64,000 nt of DNA from Candidatus Aminicenantes bacterium. GTDB taxonomy: Bacteria > Acidobacteriota > Aminicenantia > JAMOAD01. The notes beneath the pieces are model-generated. The model did no database searches. It was not told where the DNA came from and worked only from the letters and a program-made list of their open reading frames with translations. Below, one piece after another: positions 1 to 8,029 of the stretch. The stretch's first letter is position 1. Every line of letters begins with the position of its first letter. The translations under genes and the position numbers were made by a program. The stretch spans positions 6,650 through 70,649 of the forward strand of contig JAMOVU010000172.1 in assembly GCA_027067555.1 (NCBI GenBank), given 5' to 3'.

Positions 1-1
1 C

Positions 2-721
2 CTCAGCCGTCTTGGCTTTTTTGCACTTTATCAAATTTACCCGAATTCAAATTTTTTCAAAAAGATAGAGCCTTTTTATTGGAGTTATCACATATATGAT
101 AAAGAGTACAAGACATTTGAAACATTTAATCTTTTTGTATTAAGGTTTACCCTTCCTTCAAACACTCAGATAAGACTTGAAGGAAGTTTGGGAAATGAAG
201 TTTTCAAAGGAAAAAAGTTTGATGAATCGGGTGTTGGTATTAGAATCAACAGCCAGATTACAAAAAGGATATTTTTCTTCCTTTCTTTAAGAAGAAATGG
301 TAAGATTTTTTATGACCCCGAGTCTCCCTATCAGGGTTATGGAAATAGTGCCTCTCTTTACCTTCAATTTCAACCACTTGATCAGCTTGAAAGTGTATTC
401 ACTTTTGTGTATTCTGACTTTTACAGGAAAGCGACAGATGAAAAAATATATGATTACAGTATTTTGAGAAATAAAACCACTTTTCAGTTTAACAAATATT
501 TCTTTTTCAGAGGAATCTTAGAATATAATAATTATTGGAAAAAATTAAATATGGATATTTTAGCATCTTTTACTTACATTCCGGGTACGGTCTTTTATGT
601 AGGCTATGGTTCTATTTTCAGAAAGATAGAGTGGAAGGATGATGAGTATATTGCAAGTGATAGATTTTTAGAGACAAAGAGAGGCTTTTTCTTTAAAATC
701 TCGTATCTTTATAGATATTAA
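2..721 (+). CDS. 5'-truncated CDS (reading frame open from window edge); C-terminal part of a putative outer-membrane beta-barrel-like protein
   Basis: Frame 2 has no stop from nt 2 to 721; the listed ORF (188..721) is only the part after an internal Met. Alternating aromatic/hydrophobic beta-strand-like pattern, ends ...ISYLYRY. Confidence 0.4.
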   Translation, partial: LSRLGFFALYQIYPNSNFFKKIEPFYWSYHIYDKEYKTFETFNLFVLRFTLPSNTQIRLEGSLGNEVFKGKKFDESGVGIRINSQITKRIFFFLSLRRNGKIFYDPESPYQGYGNSASLYLQFQPLDQLESVFTFVYSDFYRKATDEKIYDYSILRNKTTFQFNKYFFFRGILEYNNYWKKLNMDILASFTYIPGTVFYVGYGSIFRKIEWKDDEYIASDRFLETKRGFFFKISYLYRY

Positions 722-1650
722 TCAAGCTCGGAAAATATTTGCAGGCTTTCATTCCTGACAAATTCATAATCTTTTGAAAGGAAAAGCTCTCTCTTAATTT
801 TTTTTGATATTCCCTTTCCCTTTGAAAAATATCTTAGAAATGCTTTTAGTCTCGGCAACCATTTTTCTTCAGGGTAAAAATCTTCCATCAACCTGATAAA
901 TCTTTCAAGGATTATGTAATCTTTTTCCCTTTTACCTGTTTTCAGCTCTTTGAAAAAAGAGGGGTTTATTACTATACCTCTTCCGAGCATTATCCCGTCA
1001 ACTTTTTTAAGCCTTTCTTTTGCGGTTTCAATATTAAAGATATCACCATTGCCTATAACCGGAAGATTTGTAAGTTCCTTTATTTTTTCAGCAAACTCCC
1101 ATCTGGCCGGGACAGAATAACCGTCTTTTTTGGTCCTGAAGTGAACAATTATTCCGTCAGCTCCTTCACTCTCTATTATTTTAATTGTTTCAGAGATATT
1201 CACTTTTTTAAAACCAAGCCTGATCTTAACGGTAAAAGCTTTTTCCGTATTTTTCCTTATACTCTTTACTATTTTTTTTAAGTTTTCAGTATCTTTAAGT
1301 AAGAATGAACCTGCACCTTTATTTACAACTTTTTTGACAGGACAGCCTGCATTAAGATCAATTCCGTCAAATGAGGTATTATCATTTATGTATTTGACTG
1401 ATTCTGCAAAACTATGAGGATTATTCCCGAAAAGCTGAACAAACTTTGGAGTGGGAGAGGAAAAGCTCTCTAACATTTTAAGTGTTTGAAGGTTTTTTCT
1501 TATCAAACCTTCGGTTGAAACCATCTCTGTAAAAAGAGCTCCTACATAGCCAATACTATCAAGCAGCTTTCTAAAAGGGAAATCCGTAAGCCCTGCCAGA
1601 GGAGATGGAAAATAGGGGTATTTTATTTTTATCTTTCCTATCCGAAGCAA
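718..1650 (-). CDS. dus: tRNA-dihydrouridine synthase
   Basis: N-terminal LAGLTDFPFRKL..., TIM-barrel FMN family motifs (NAGCP, KIRLG) typical of Dus enzymes. Confidence 0.85.
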   Translation of the reverse strand: MLRIGKIKIKYPYFPSPLAGLTDFPFRKLLDSIGYVGALFTEMVSTEGLIRKNLQTLKMLESFSSPTPKFVQLFGNNPHSFAESVKYINDNTSFDGIDLNAGCPVKKVVNKGAGSFLLKDTENLKKIVKSIRKNTEKAFTVKIRLGFKKVNISETIKIIESEGADGIIVHFRTKKDGYSVPARWEFAEKIKELTNLPVIGNGDIFNIETAKERLKKVDGIMLGRGIVINPSFFKELKTGKREKDYIILERFIRLMEDFYPEEKWLPRLKAFLRYFSKGKGISKKIKRELFLSKDYEFVRNESLQIFSELD

Positions 1651-1659
1651 TTTTTCACT

Positions 1660-2214
1660 CTAAAACAGTGTTTTATTAAGCTTAATTAATATCTTCCCTA
1701 AAAAAAGAGCAATCAAAAAACCGCTTATTATTCCTGATAATATACAGCTTTTTATAATGATTGCATGGAAAAATGAAAAAATCATAAAAAAAATTAAGAT
1801 AAAGCCTAATTTATCATTTTTCTCCTGGGAAAAGTAGAAAAAGGTAAAGAGAGTAAAACAGAGAGGGAAGAATTCTTTAAGTCCATAATTAAAATTTATG
1901 AATGAATTAATCTTTGTCAAAAGAAAATATATGAGCAAAGAAGTTAGGATAAAGATGGCAAAAATTGAGGTTCTCTTTTTCCCATAAAGCACACCCAAAA
2001 TAAAGAAGAAAACAGCTAAAAGTGAATATTTGCTTATGAGAGTGGAGGAAGCACTCTTTAGGTAGGGAACAGAAGAAAGAAATTTTCCTATTGTTTTGCT
2101 TAATGTGAATTCTGATTGAATACTAAAAAATTTTGTCGGAATGAAAAACAGAAAAATCAGATATGTAATAAAAACCAAAAATACTAATAAAAGTGCCACT
2201 CTCTTTTTTTTCAT
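1660..2214 (-). CDS. hypothetical integral membrane protein
   Basis: 184 aa, multiple hydrophobic helices, no recognisable motif. Confidence 0.35.
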   Translation of the reverse strand: MKKKRVALLLVFLVFITYLIFLFFIPTKFFSIQSEFTLSKTIGKFLSSVPYLKSASSTLISKYSLLAVFFFILGVLYGKKRTSIFAIFILTSLLIYFLLTKINSFINFNYGLKEFFPLCFTLFTFFYFSQEKNDKLGFILIFFMIFSFFHAIIIKSCILSGIISGFLIALFLGKILIKLNKTLF

Positions 2215-3569
2215 AGCTCAAAATAAAATGCAAACTCTGCAGGGTTTGGAAAGAGACTCAGCTCTCTGAATTCTTTGTACCTTTCTTTTATAAATTTGTC
2301 AAGCAGAGCTTTTTCAAATACATTGTCTCTTAACAAATATAAGTTATCCTTTTTCAGGTTTTCAAGTACTTTAAAGGGGTCAGCTTCTATCTCTTTGAAT
2401 TTTTTCTTTGTATGCTTATCAGCGGGCCCGTATCCCTTTTTTATAGGATCTATTTTGTTAAGGATTCCGTCAACTCCTGCCATCAACATTGCCGAAAGAG
2501 CTAAGTATGGATTGGCTGTTGCATCAGGTGTTCTGAATTCAATCCTCGTTTCTTGAGGATTGTTTACATACCCCGGAATTCTGATTGCAGAATTTCTGTT
2601 TCCTACTCCGAAGTTTATTCCTGTGGGGGCTTCAAAACCGGGGACAAGCCTTTTGTATGAGTTTGTTGAAGGATTTGTAATTGCAATTAAGGAATTTATA
2701 TGATAGAGAATGCCTCCTATATAGTAGTGAGCTGTTTGATTTAAATTCCCGTATTCTCCTTCTTTGTAAAAAGCATTTTTTCTATTTTTTATCAAAAATT
2801 GATGAACATGCCAGCCATTTCCCGCTTGGTTTTTTAGAGGTTTTGGCATAAAGGTAATTTTAAGCTCATTTTCAGCGGCAAGGTTTTTTAGAATATATTT
2901 TATAATAATAGCATCATCTGCTGCTTTTAAAAGGGTTTCAAATTTTGTCTCTATTTCCTGCTGCCCCCAGATTCCGACTTCATGGTGATGGTATTTTACA
3001 TCCACTCCAAGAGATTCCATGATTGCTACAGCTTCATCCCTAAACCAATAGTACAGATCTTCCGGGGGTGCTATGTGGTATGATTTAAAATTTGACTCTT
3101 CAATCGAATCTATTTCAATATAAGAGTTGCCATCCTCAGTGCTAAAGTGAGCATCATTAAAGATGAAAAATTCGTATTCAGGTCCCCAGAGAGAATAATC
3201 AGCTATTTTGTATTTTTTTAGAATTTTTTCTGCTTTCTCAGCTATATATCTCGGGTCTCCTTCGTATCTTGTTCTCTTTTTATCAGCATAATGAACAGTA
3301 GTAAGAAAGTTCAAGGTTTTTGCTTCTCTGAAAGGGTCTATAAAATAATTGTTTAAATCGGGAATAAGTACCATGTCACTGCTCTCTGTGGGGGCAAAAC
3401 CATAGGAAGATGCATCAAATCCAACTCCATTTTTTACAAATTCATCTGAAAACATTTTTGAAGGAAGAGTCAAAAGATGAATTCTTCCTCTAATATCAAC
3501 CGAAAGAAGAGCTATGTTTCTTACCTCCTCTTCTTTGATAATTTTCAGGATTTCTTCAAAATTATTCAT
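2211..3569 (-). CDS. glnA: glutamine synthetase family protein (type I-like)
   Basis: GS beta-grasp N-domain and catalytic-domain signature NPSTNSYKRL, length 452 aa. Confidence 0.8.
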   Translation of the reverse strand: MNNFEEILKIIKEEEVRNIALLSVDIRGRIHLLTLPSKMFSDEFVKNGVGFDASSYGFAPTESSDMVLIPDLNNYFIDPFREAKTLNFLTTVHYADKKRTRYEGDPRYIAEKAEKILKKYKIADYSLWGPEYEFFIFNDAHFSTEDGNSYIEIDSIEESNFKSYHIAPPEDLYYWFRDEAVAIMESLGVDVKYHHHEVGIWGQQEIETKFETLLKAADDAIIIKYILKNLAAENELKITFMPKPLKNQAGNGWHVHQFLIKNRKNAFYKEGEYGNLNQTAHYYIGGILYHINSLIAITNPSTNSYKRLVPGFEAPTGINFGVGNRNSAIRIPGYVNNPQETRIEFRTPDATANPYLALSAMLMAGVDGILNKIDPIKKGYGPADKHTKKKFKEIEADPFKVLENLKKDNLYLLRDNVFEKALLDKFIKERYKEFRELSLFPNPAEFAFYFEL

Positions 3570-4641
3570 AATTCATAACCTCCTCTTCTCCGTTTAGAAC
3601 TCTCAAAGCCCCTTCGTTCAAAGCCTGAAGCTCATCTTCGCCAGCATAAACCTTTATTTTATCGGTTAAATGGGAAACCCTATTTTTAATAAGGTTAACA
3701 AAGTATTTATCATGTGCCATCCCTCCTGTGAATATTATTACATCCACTTTACCTTTTAGAACGGTTGACATGGCTCCTATCTCTTTTGCTATTTGATATG
3801 CCATAGCTTCAACCACCTCTTTTGCCTTCTCATCTCCGTTGTTCACCATCTCCATAACTTTTGAAAAATCTTTTGTCCCAAGGTATGAGTAAACTCCGCC
3901 TTTTCTAAAAAGCATATTTATCACATCTTTTAATGAATACTTTCCACTGAAACACAATTTTGCTAATTTTACGCAGGGAACAGAGCCTGACCGTTCAGGA
4001 GAAAAAGCACCCTCTTCCATTGAATTTGTTACATCTATCATCTGTCCATCAGTGTGGGCTGACACAGAGATTCCACTTCCAAGATGGGCAACTATTAGAT
4101 TGAGTTTATTATAGTTTTTACCTATTTCCTTTGCATATCTTTTCGCAACAGCCTTTGTATTTAAAGCGTGAGATAGAGATTCTCTTTCAAGTCCTTTGAG
4201 GCCTGAATAATATGCTAATTTCCCGTATTCATCAACGGATACAGGGTCTACAATAAAAGCAGGAATATTTAATTCTGAGGCTATTTCATAAGCAATTAAT
4301 GCTCCTAAGTTTGAGGCATGCTCTCCCCTTTTTGCCTCTTCCAAATCCCTGAGCATTTTTTCATTTACTCTGTATGTCCCGCTTTTTAAAGGTTTTAAAA
4401 GTCCGCCTCTTCCAACTACTGAAGATAGCTTTTTTATATCAAAGTTTTTCTCTTTTATAAAATTAAGAATAACATTTTTCCTGAAATCCTTTTGAGATGC
4501 AATCGAATCAAATTTTGCAATTTCCTCATCACTGTGCCTTAAAGTCTCTTTGAACAAAAGCTTTTCATTTTCAAAGATAGCTGTTTTAGTAGAAGTGGAA
4601 CCGGGGTTTATAATTAGATTGTAGAATATTGTCATAGCCAC
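3562..4641 (-). CDS. buk: butyrate kinase
   Basis: ASKHG-family kinase with N-terminus MAMTIFYNLIINPGSTSTKTAIFE typical of Buk, length 359 aa; 8-bp overlap with glnA start. Confidence 0.85.
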   Translation of the reverse strand: MAMTIFYNLIINPGSTSTKTAIFENEKLLFKETLRHSDEEIAKFDSIASQKDFRKNVILNFIKEKNFDIKKLSSVVGRGGLLKPLKSGTYRVNEKMLRDLEEAKRGEHASNLGALIAYEIASELNIPAFIVDPVSVDEYGKLAYYSGLKGLERESLSHALNTKAVAKRYAKEIGKNYNKLNLIVAHLGSGISVSAHTDGQMIDVTNSMEEGAFSPERSGSVPCVKLAKLCFSGKYSLKDVINMLFRKGGVYSYLGTKDFSKVMEMVNNGDEKAKEVVEAMAYQIAKEIGAMSTVLKGKVDVIIFTGGMAHDKYFVNLIKNRVSHLTDKIKVYAGEDELQALNEGALRVLNGEEEVMNYE

Positions 4642-4770
4642 CTCCTAAAGAAATAAATTATATTATAGATAAAAGAGTTTAACAAGTACTTCCTTAAGCC
4701 GGCTCTTTTTTTAATTTGAAATAAGAAAAAATTATGGTATAATATCCGACTTTCAAAGGAGGAATTTGAA

Positions 4771-5052
4771 ATGGCTAATTATAAGAATGCGGAAAAAGCT
4801 TTAAGACAGTCTCAGAGAAGAAGAATGTATAATAAGAGAAATATCTCAATGATGAGAACCTATATAAAAAAGTTAAGAAAGAAAATAGAAGAAAGAGCAT
4901 CTGAGGAAGAATTAAAAGATATGCTGAGAAAAACTGTCGCTATAATAGATAGAACAGTAAAAAAAGGTGTTATTAAAGAAAATACAGGAAATAGATATAA
5001 GTCAAGGTTAAGTATTCAGGTTAATAAAGCTATTTCAGAAACAAAAAAATAA
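4771..5052 (+). CDS. rpsT: 30S ribosomal protein S20
   Basis: MANYKNAEKALRQSQRRR... basic 93-aa protein; extended -10 tatggtataat upstream. Confidence 0.9.
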   Translation: MANYKNAEKALRQSQRRRMYNKRNISMMRTYIKKLRKKIEERASEEELKDMLRKTVAIIDRTVKKGVIKENTGNRYKSRLSIQVNKAISETKK

Positions 5053-5065
5053 TTAATTTCAGTTA

Positions 5066-7399
5066 GTGGAGGGGAAAAAGCGTACCTATTGGGGCTTTTT
5101 GTTTTTTGTGTTCATCTATGTAATTGCTCTTGTTTCAATATTATTTAAAATAAAATCTTTTTACGTGGTTTTAACTTTTTCTATCCCTTTAATCTTTTAT
5201 GCTTTTCTTTCCAAATCCAAAAAGAATGCAGGTTTTTTTGTACTTTTGGTTATTTTTATTAGCATTGGATTCCATTTTTATGTTAAAAGTGAAAAAAAAT
5301 CGTATGAAAGGGCTAAAAGTGGCTATGAAAGAATCCTTAGACTTGGTAGGTACAGAGAGATAGAGGGTACGATTGTTTCGGATCCGGAAAAGTATAAATA
5401 TAACAGGGTCAGATTTGAGTTAAAAAATTCAGATAAAAGATATCCTGAAATAAAAGGCTATATTTTGAATGTTTATGTGAACACAGAAAGATTTCCCGTT
5501 TTTTACAGAGGAGAGAAAGTAAGGCTGTATGGAAGGCTGTATCCTCTCTCTGATTATTCAAACTTTCATAAAAATTTTCTAAACTATTATAATTTTTCAA
5601 AAAAGATTATTGGGAGCATATATGTAAAAAGCGATGGATTAATAAGAAGCGAGAGGGTTGACAATCCTGTCTTTTATTATCTTTCCAGATACAAATTAAT
5701 GTTTTCAAAATTTGTTTCAAATGTTAAGGTAGATGAAATTGAGAATCTTTCGATAATTAAGGCTATTACTATAGGAGAGAGAAAATCTATCCCGGAGAAT
5801 TTAAAATTTTTGTGGAAAGAGTCAGGTATTTACCATCTGCTTGCAATATCAGGGGCTCATATCGGGATAATAAGTTTTCTCTTATTTTATCTTTTCCGTT
5901 TTGTCGGTATTTCCAAAAGAAATATTTATAAGATTCAGATAATTCTGATTTTTACTTTTATGCTTTTCATAGGGAACAATCCCCCTGTTATAAGAGCATC
6001 TTTTATGGTATTACTTTTTTTTATTGGTAAGCTTCTGTGGAAGGACACCGATCTTCTTCATATTGTATCAATTTCGGGTATTCTCTATCTATTTTTTTCC
6101 CCTCTTTCGGTTGTTAATATTGGATTTATCCTTACTTATTTTATTACAATCTTCTTGATTCTTACGCTGAGAGAATTGAAGGGGGTTTTTGATATTTCAA
6201 CAAAGGTGGAGCAATCTTTATACATAGTCCTCCTTGCTTTCTTACTCTCTTTCCCGCTGAATCTTTATTTTTTCAATTATATCTCCTTTGGTTCCATAAT
6301 ATTAAACTTTTTATCCATGATTATAATCCCTGCTACACTTTTCTTTTCAATAAGTTCTCTTTTGCTATTTTGGATAACTCCTTCCACTGGAGCATTTTTA
6401 GTTAAAATATCATCTTATCTTATAGGTGTAATAAATTATTTAAGTGAGAAAATAGGGAAACCTATTTCATTAAGAAGTTTGACACCTCCCTTCTGGTTGG
6501 TTTGTGTCTATATTGTGCTATTTTTATTCCTCTTTTTTACCAGGAAAAAAAGAGGAATAATCGGTTTATTATGGTTTTTCTCCTTTTTTTCTTTAATCTT
6601 TTATCCAGAAAAAAGCATTAAAAAACCTGCTGTTTATTTTCTTGATGTTGGAGAAGGGGATGCTTCATATATTGAAATACCATCAAATTATAAAGTGTTA
6701 ATTGATTGCGGGGGAAGTTATAAAAAAGATAATTTCATAGGAGAATATATTGTTTCATCTTTTTTGTTTAAAAATAGAATCAGGACAATTGACGCTGTTT
6801 TCATATCGCATTTCCACCCGGACCACTATTATGGTTGTTTAAGAGTTATTAAAAACTTTAAGGTAAAGAAATTGTATTATTACAATACTATGAAGGAAGA
6901 AAACTTAAATGAGCTTTTTGATGCGGCAAAAGAAAAAGGGGTAGAAATTGTGAAATTGAACTATGGGGATAAAATTAGAATAGGAGAGGCTAATTTTAGA
7001 GTGATTCACCCTAAAAAAGAAATAATTAAAAAAGTAACCAATAATGATTCTATGGTCTTAAAGCTTTCTTTAAAAAAATATGGGATTCTTTACACCGGAG
7101 ATATTGAAAAAGAGGCCGAGGAAGAAATTGTGGGGCGGGAGAAAAATTTGAATTCATATGTTTTAAAGGTTGCTCACCATGGAAGCAGAACATCCTCTAC
7201 CATTGATTTTTTAAAAGCAGTTTCCCCTCGAATTGCCATAATTTCGGTCGGAAGGGGAAACAGGTATAATTTTCCATCAAAATTTACCCTGGAAAAATTG
7301 AAGAAAATAGGAACAACTGTTTTTAGGACGGATAGGGATGGCGCGGTAAAACTCTTATTGTTAAAAAATAAACTTGAAACGATTGTATCTAAAAAATAA
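5066..7399 (+). CDS. comEC: DNA internalization competence protein ComEC/Rec2
   Basis: Polytopic membrane N-half plus C-terminal metallo-beta-lactamase domain (HFHPDHY, VAHHGS). Confidence 0.85.
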   Translation: MEGKKRTYWGFLFFVFIYVIALVSILFKIKSFYVVLTFSIPLIFYAFLSKSKKNAGFFVLLVIFISIGFHFYVKSEKKSYERAKSGYERILRLGRYREIEGTIVSDPEKYKYNRVRFELKNSDKRYPEIKGYILNVYVNTERFPVFYRGEKVRLYGRLYPLSDYSNFHKNFLNYYNFSKKIIGSIYVKSDGLIRSERVDNPVFYYLSRYKLMFSKFVSNVKVDEIENLSIIKAITIGERKSIPENLKFLWKESGIYHLLAISGAHIGIISFLLFYLFRFVGISKRNIYKIQIILIFTFMLFIGNNPPVIRASFMVLLFFIGKLLWKDTDLLHIVSISGILYLFFSPLSVVNIGFILTYFITIFLILTLRELKGVFDISTKVEQSLYIVLLAFLLSFPLNLYFFNYISFGSIILNFLSMIIIPATLFFSISSLLLFWITPSTGAFLVKISSYLIGVINYLSEKIGKPISLRSLTPPFWLVCVYIVLFLFLFFTRKKRGIIGLLWFFSFFSLIFYPEKSIKKPAVYFLDVGEGDASYIEIPSNYKVLIDCGGSYKKDNFIGEYIVSSFLFKNRIRTIDAVFISHFHPDHYYGCLRVIKNFKVKKLYYYNTMKEENLNELFDAAKEKGVEIVKLNYGDKIRIGEANFRVIHPKKEIIKKVTNNDSMVLKLSLKKYGILYTGDIEKEAEEEIVGREKNLNSYVLKVAHHGSRTSSTIDFLKAVSPRIAIISVGRGNRYNFPSKFTLEKLKKIGTTVFRTDRDGAVKLLLLKNKLETIVSKK

Positions 7400-7469
7400 A
7401 TTCAGAAATTTGAAAAAATCTATTGACATTTGATTTTTATTTTGGTATATTAAAGCACGAGGTTTAAAG

Positions 7470-7760
7470 ATGCCGATATATGAGTATAAATGTAGTGAAT
7501 GTGGGTATGAATTTGAAGAGATTCAAAAGTTTAACGATCCCCCAATAACAGTTTGTCCTAAGTGTGGAGGAAAAGTTTGTAAAAAAATAAGCGCACCTGC
7601 ATTCAAGTTTAAAGGATCCGGTTGGTATGTGACAGATTATTCTAAAAAGAGCTATAAAGAGGCATCTGAGAAAAAAGAGGATAAAAAAGAACTTAAAAAG
7701 GAAGAAAATAAAAAAACAAAACCCGAAGAAACAAGGGCTGTTTCTTCGGCTAACACTTGA
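7470..7760 (+). CDS. FmdB-family zinc-ribbon protein with Lys/Glu-rich C-terminal tail
   Basis: MPIYEYKCSECGYEFE...CPKCGG two CxxC pairs (FmdB/TIGR02605-like); own TTGACA-17-TATATT promoter upstream. Confidence 0.7.
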   Translation: MPIYEYKCSECGYEFEEIQKFNDPPITVCPKCGGKVCKKISAPAFKFKGSGWYVTDYSKKSYKEASEKKEDKKELKKEENKKTKPEETRAVSSANT

Positions 7761-7803
7761 CCCCTTACCCCCCTTGATCAAATAAATAGCCCACTTCAAA
7801 CGG

Positions 7804-7835
7804 CCCCCTGGAAACAGGGGGCTCCCGCCTTTTAT
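7804..7835 (+). terminator. rho-independent terminator (7-bp GC stem CCCCCTG/CAGGGGG, GAAA loop, T-run)
   Basis: ccccctg-gaaa-caggggg followed by ctcccgcctttta, directly after the FmdB-family gene. Confidence 0.55.
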
Positions 7836-7923
7836 AAGGAAAATTTGAAAAGTTAATAGTATCTTTTTTCTGGTTTTTTTTCTTAAAAATATGATTTATG
7901 AAAAGCCTTGATATTATTAGATT

Positions 7924-7971
7924 CATACTATATGTAGTATGGTCTTGAAAAAAAATACGAAATATTGTATT
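7924..7971 (+). promoter_or_regulatory. two tandem NrdR-box-like imperfect palindromes upstream of nrdD promoter (-35 TTGACA 7979..7984, -10 TATATT 8002..8007)
   Basis: CATACTATATGTAGTATG (7924..7941) and AATACGAAATATTGTATT (7954..7971), centres 30 bp apart, 12-13/16 match to acaCwAtATaTwGtgt. Confidence 0.35.
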
Positions 7972-8029
7972 TTTTCTCTTGACATTCTCCTCTTTTTTTT
8001 TTATATTATTAAATCGCAAGGAGGAAAAA

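Noticed and set aside
7464-7799. 111-aa minus-strand ORF overlapping the FmdB-family gene, and similar antisense or embedded ORFs (for example 5409..5600, 8480..8719, 11632..11925, 16819..17283, 17641..17871, 31062..31529, 34441..34978, 44410..45174, 53150..53796, 55331..56224)
   Set aside because: They lie entirely inside or antisense to strongly supported genes. They are low-complexity and Phe/Leu/Ser-rich as expected from AT-rich antisense strands, and have no RBS or motifs. They are treated as spurious.
7761-7835. Locally GC-rich 75-nt segment after the FmdB gene, considered as a possible tRNA or sRNA
   Set aside because: There is no T-loop (GTTCGA-type) or cloverleaf. It is explained by a simple GC stem plus GAAA loop plus T-run terminator.
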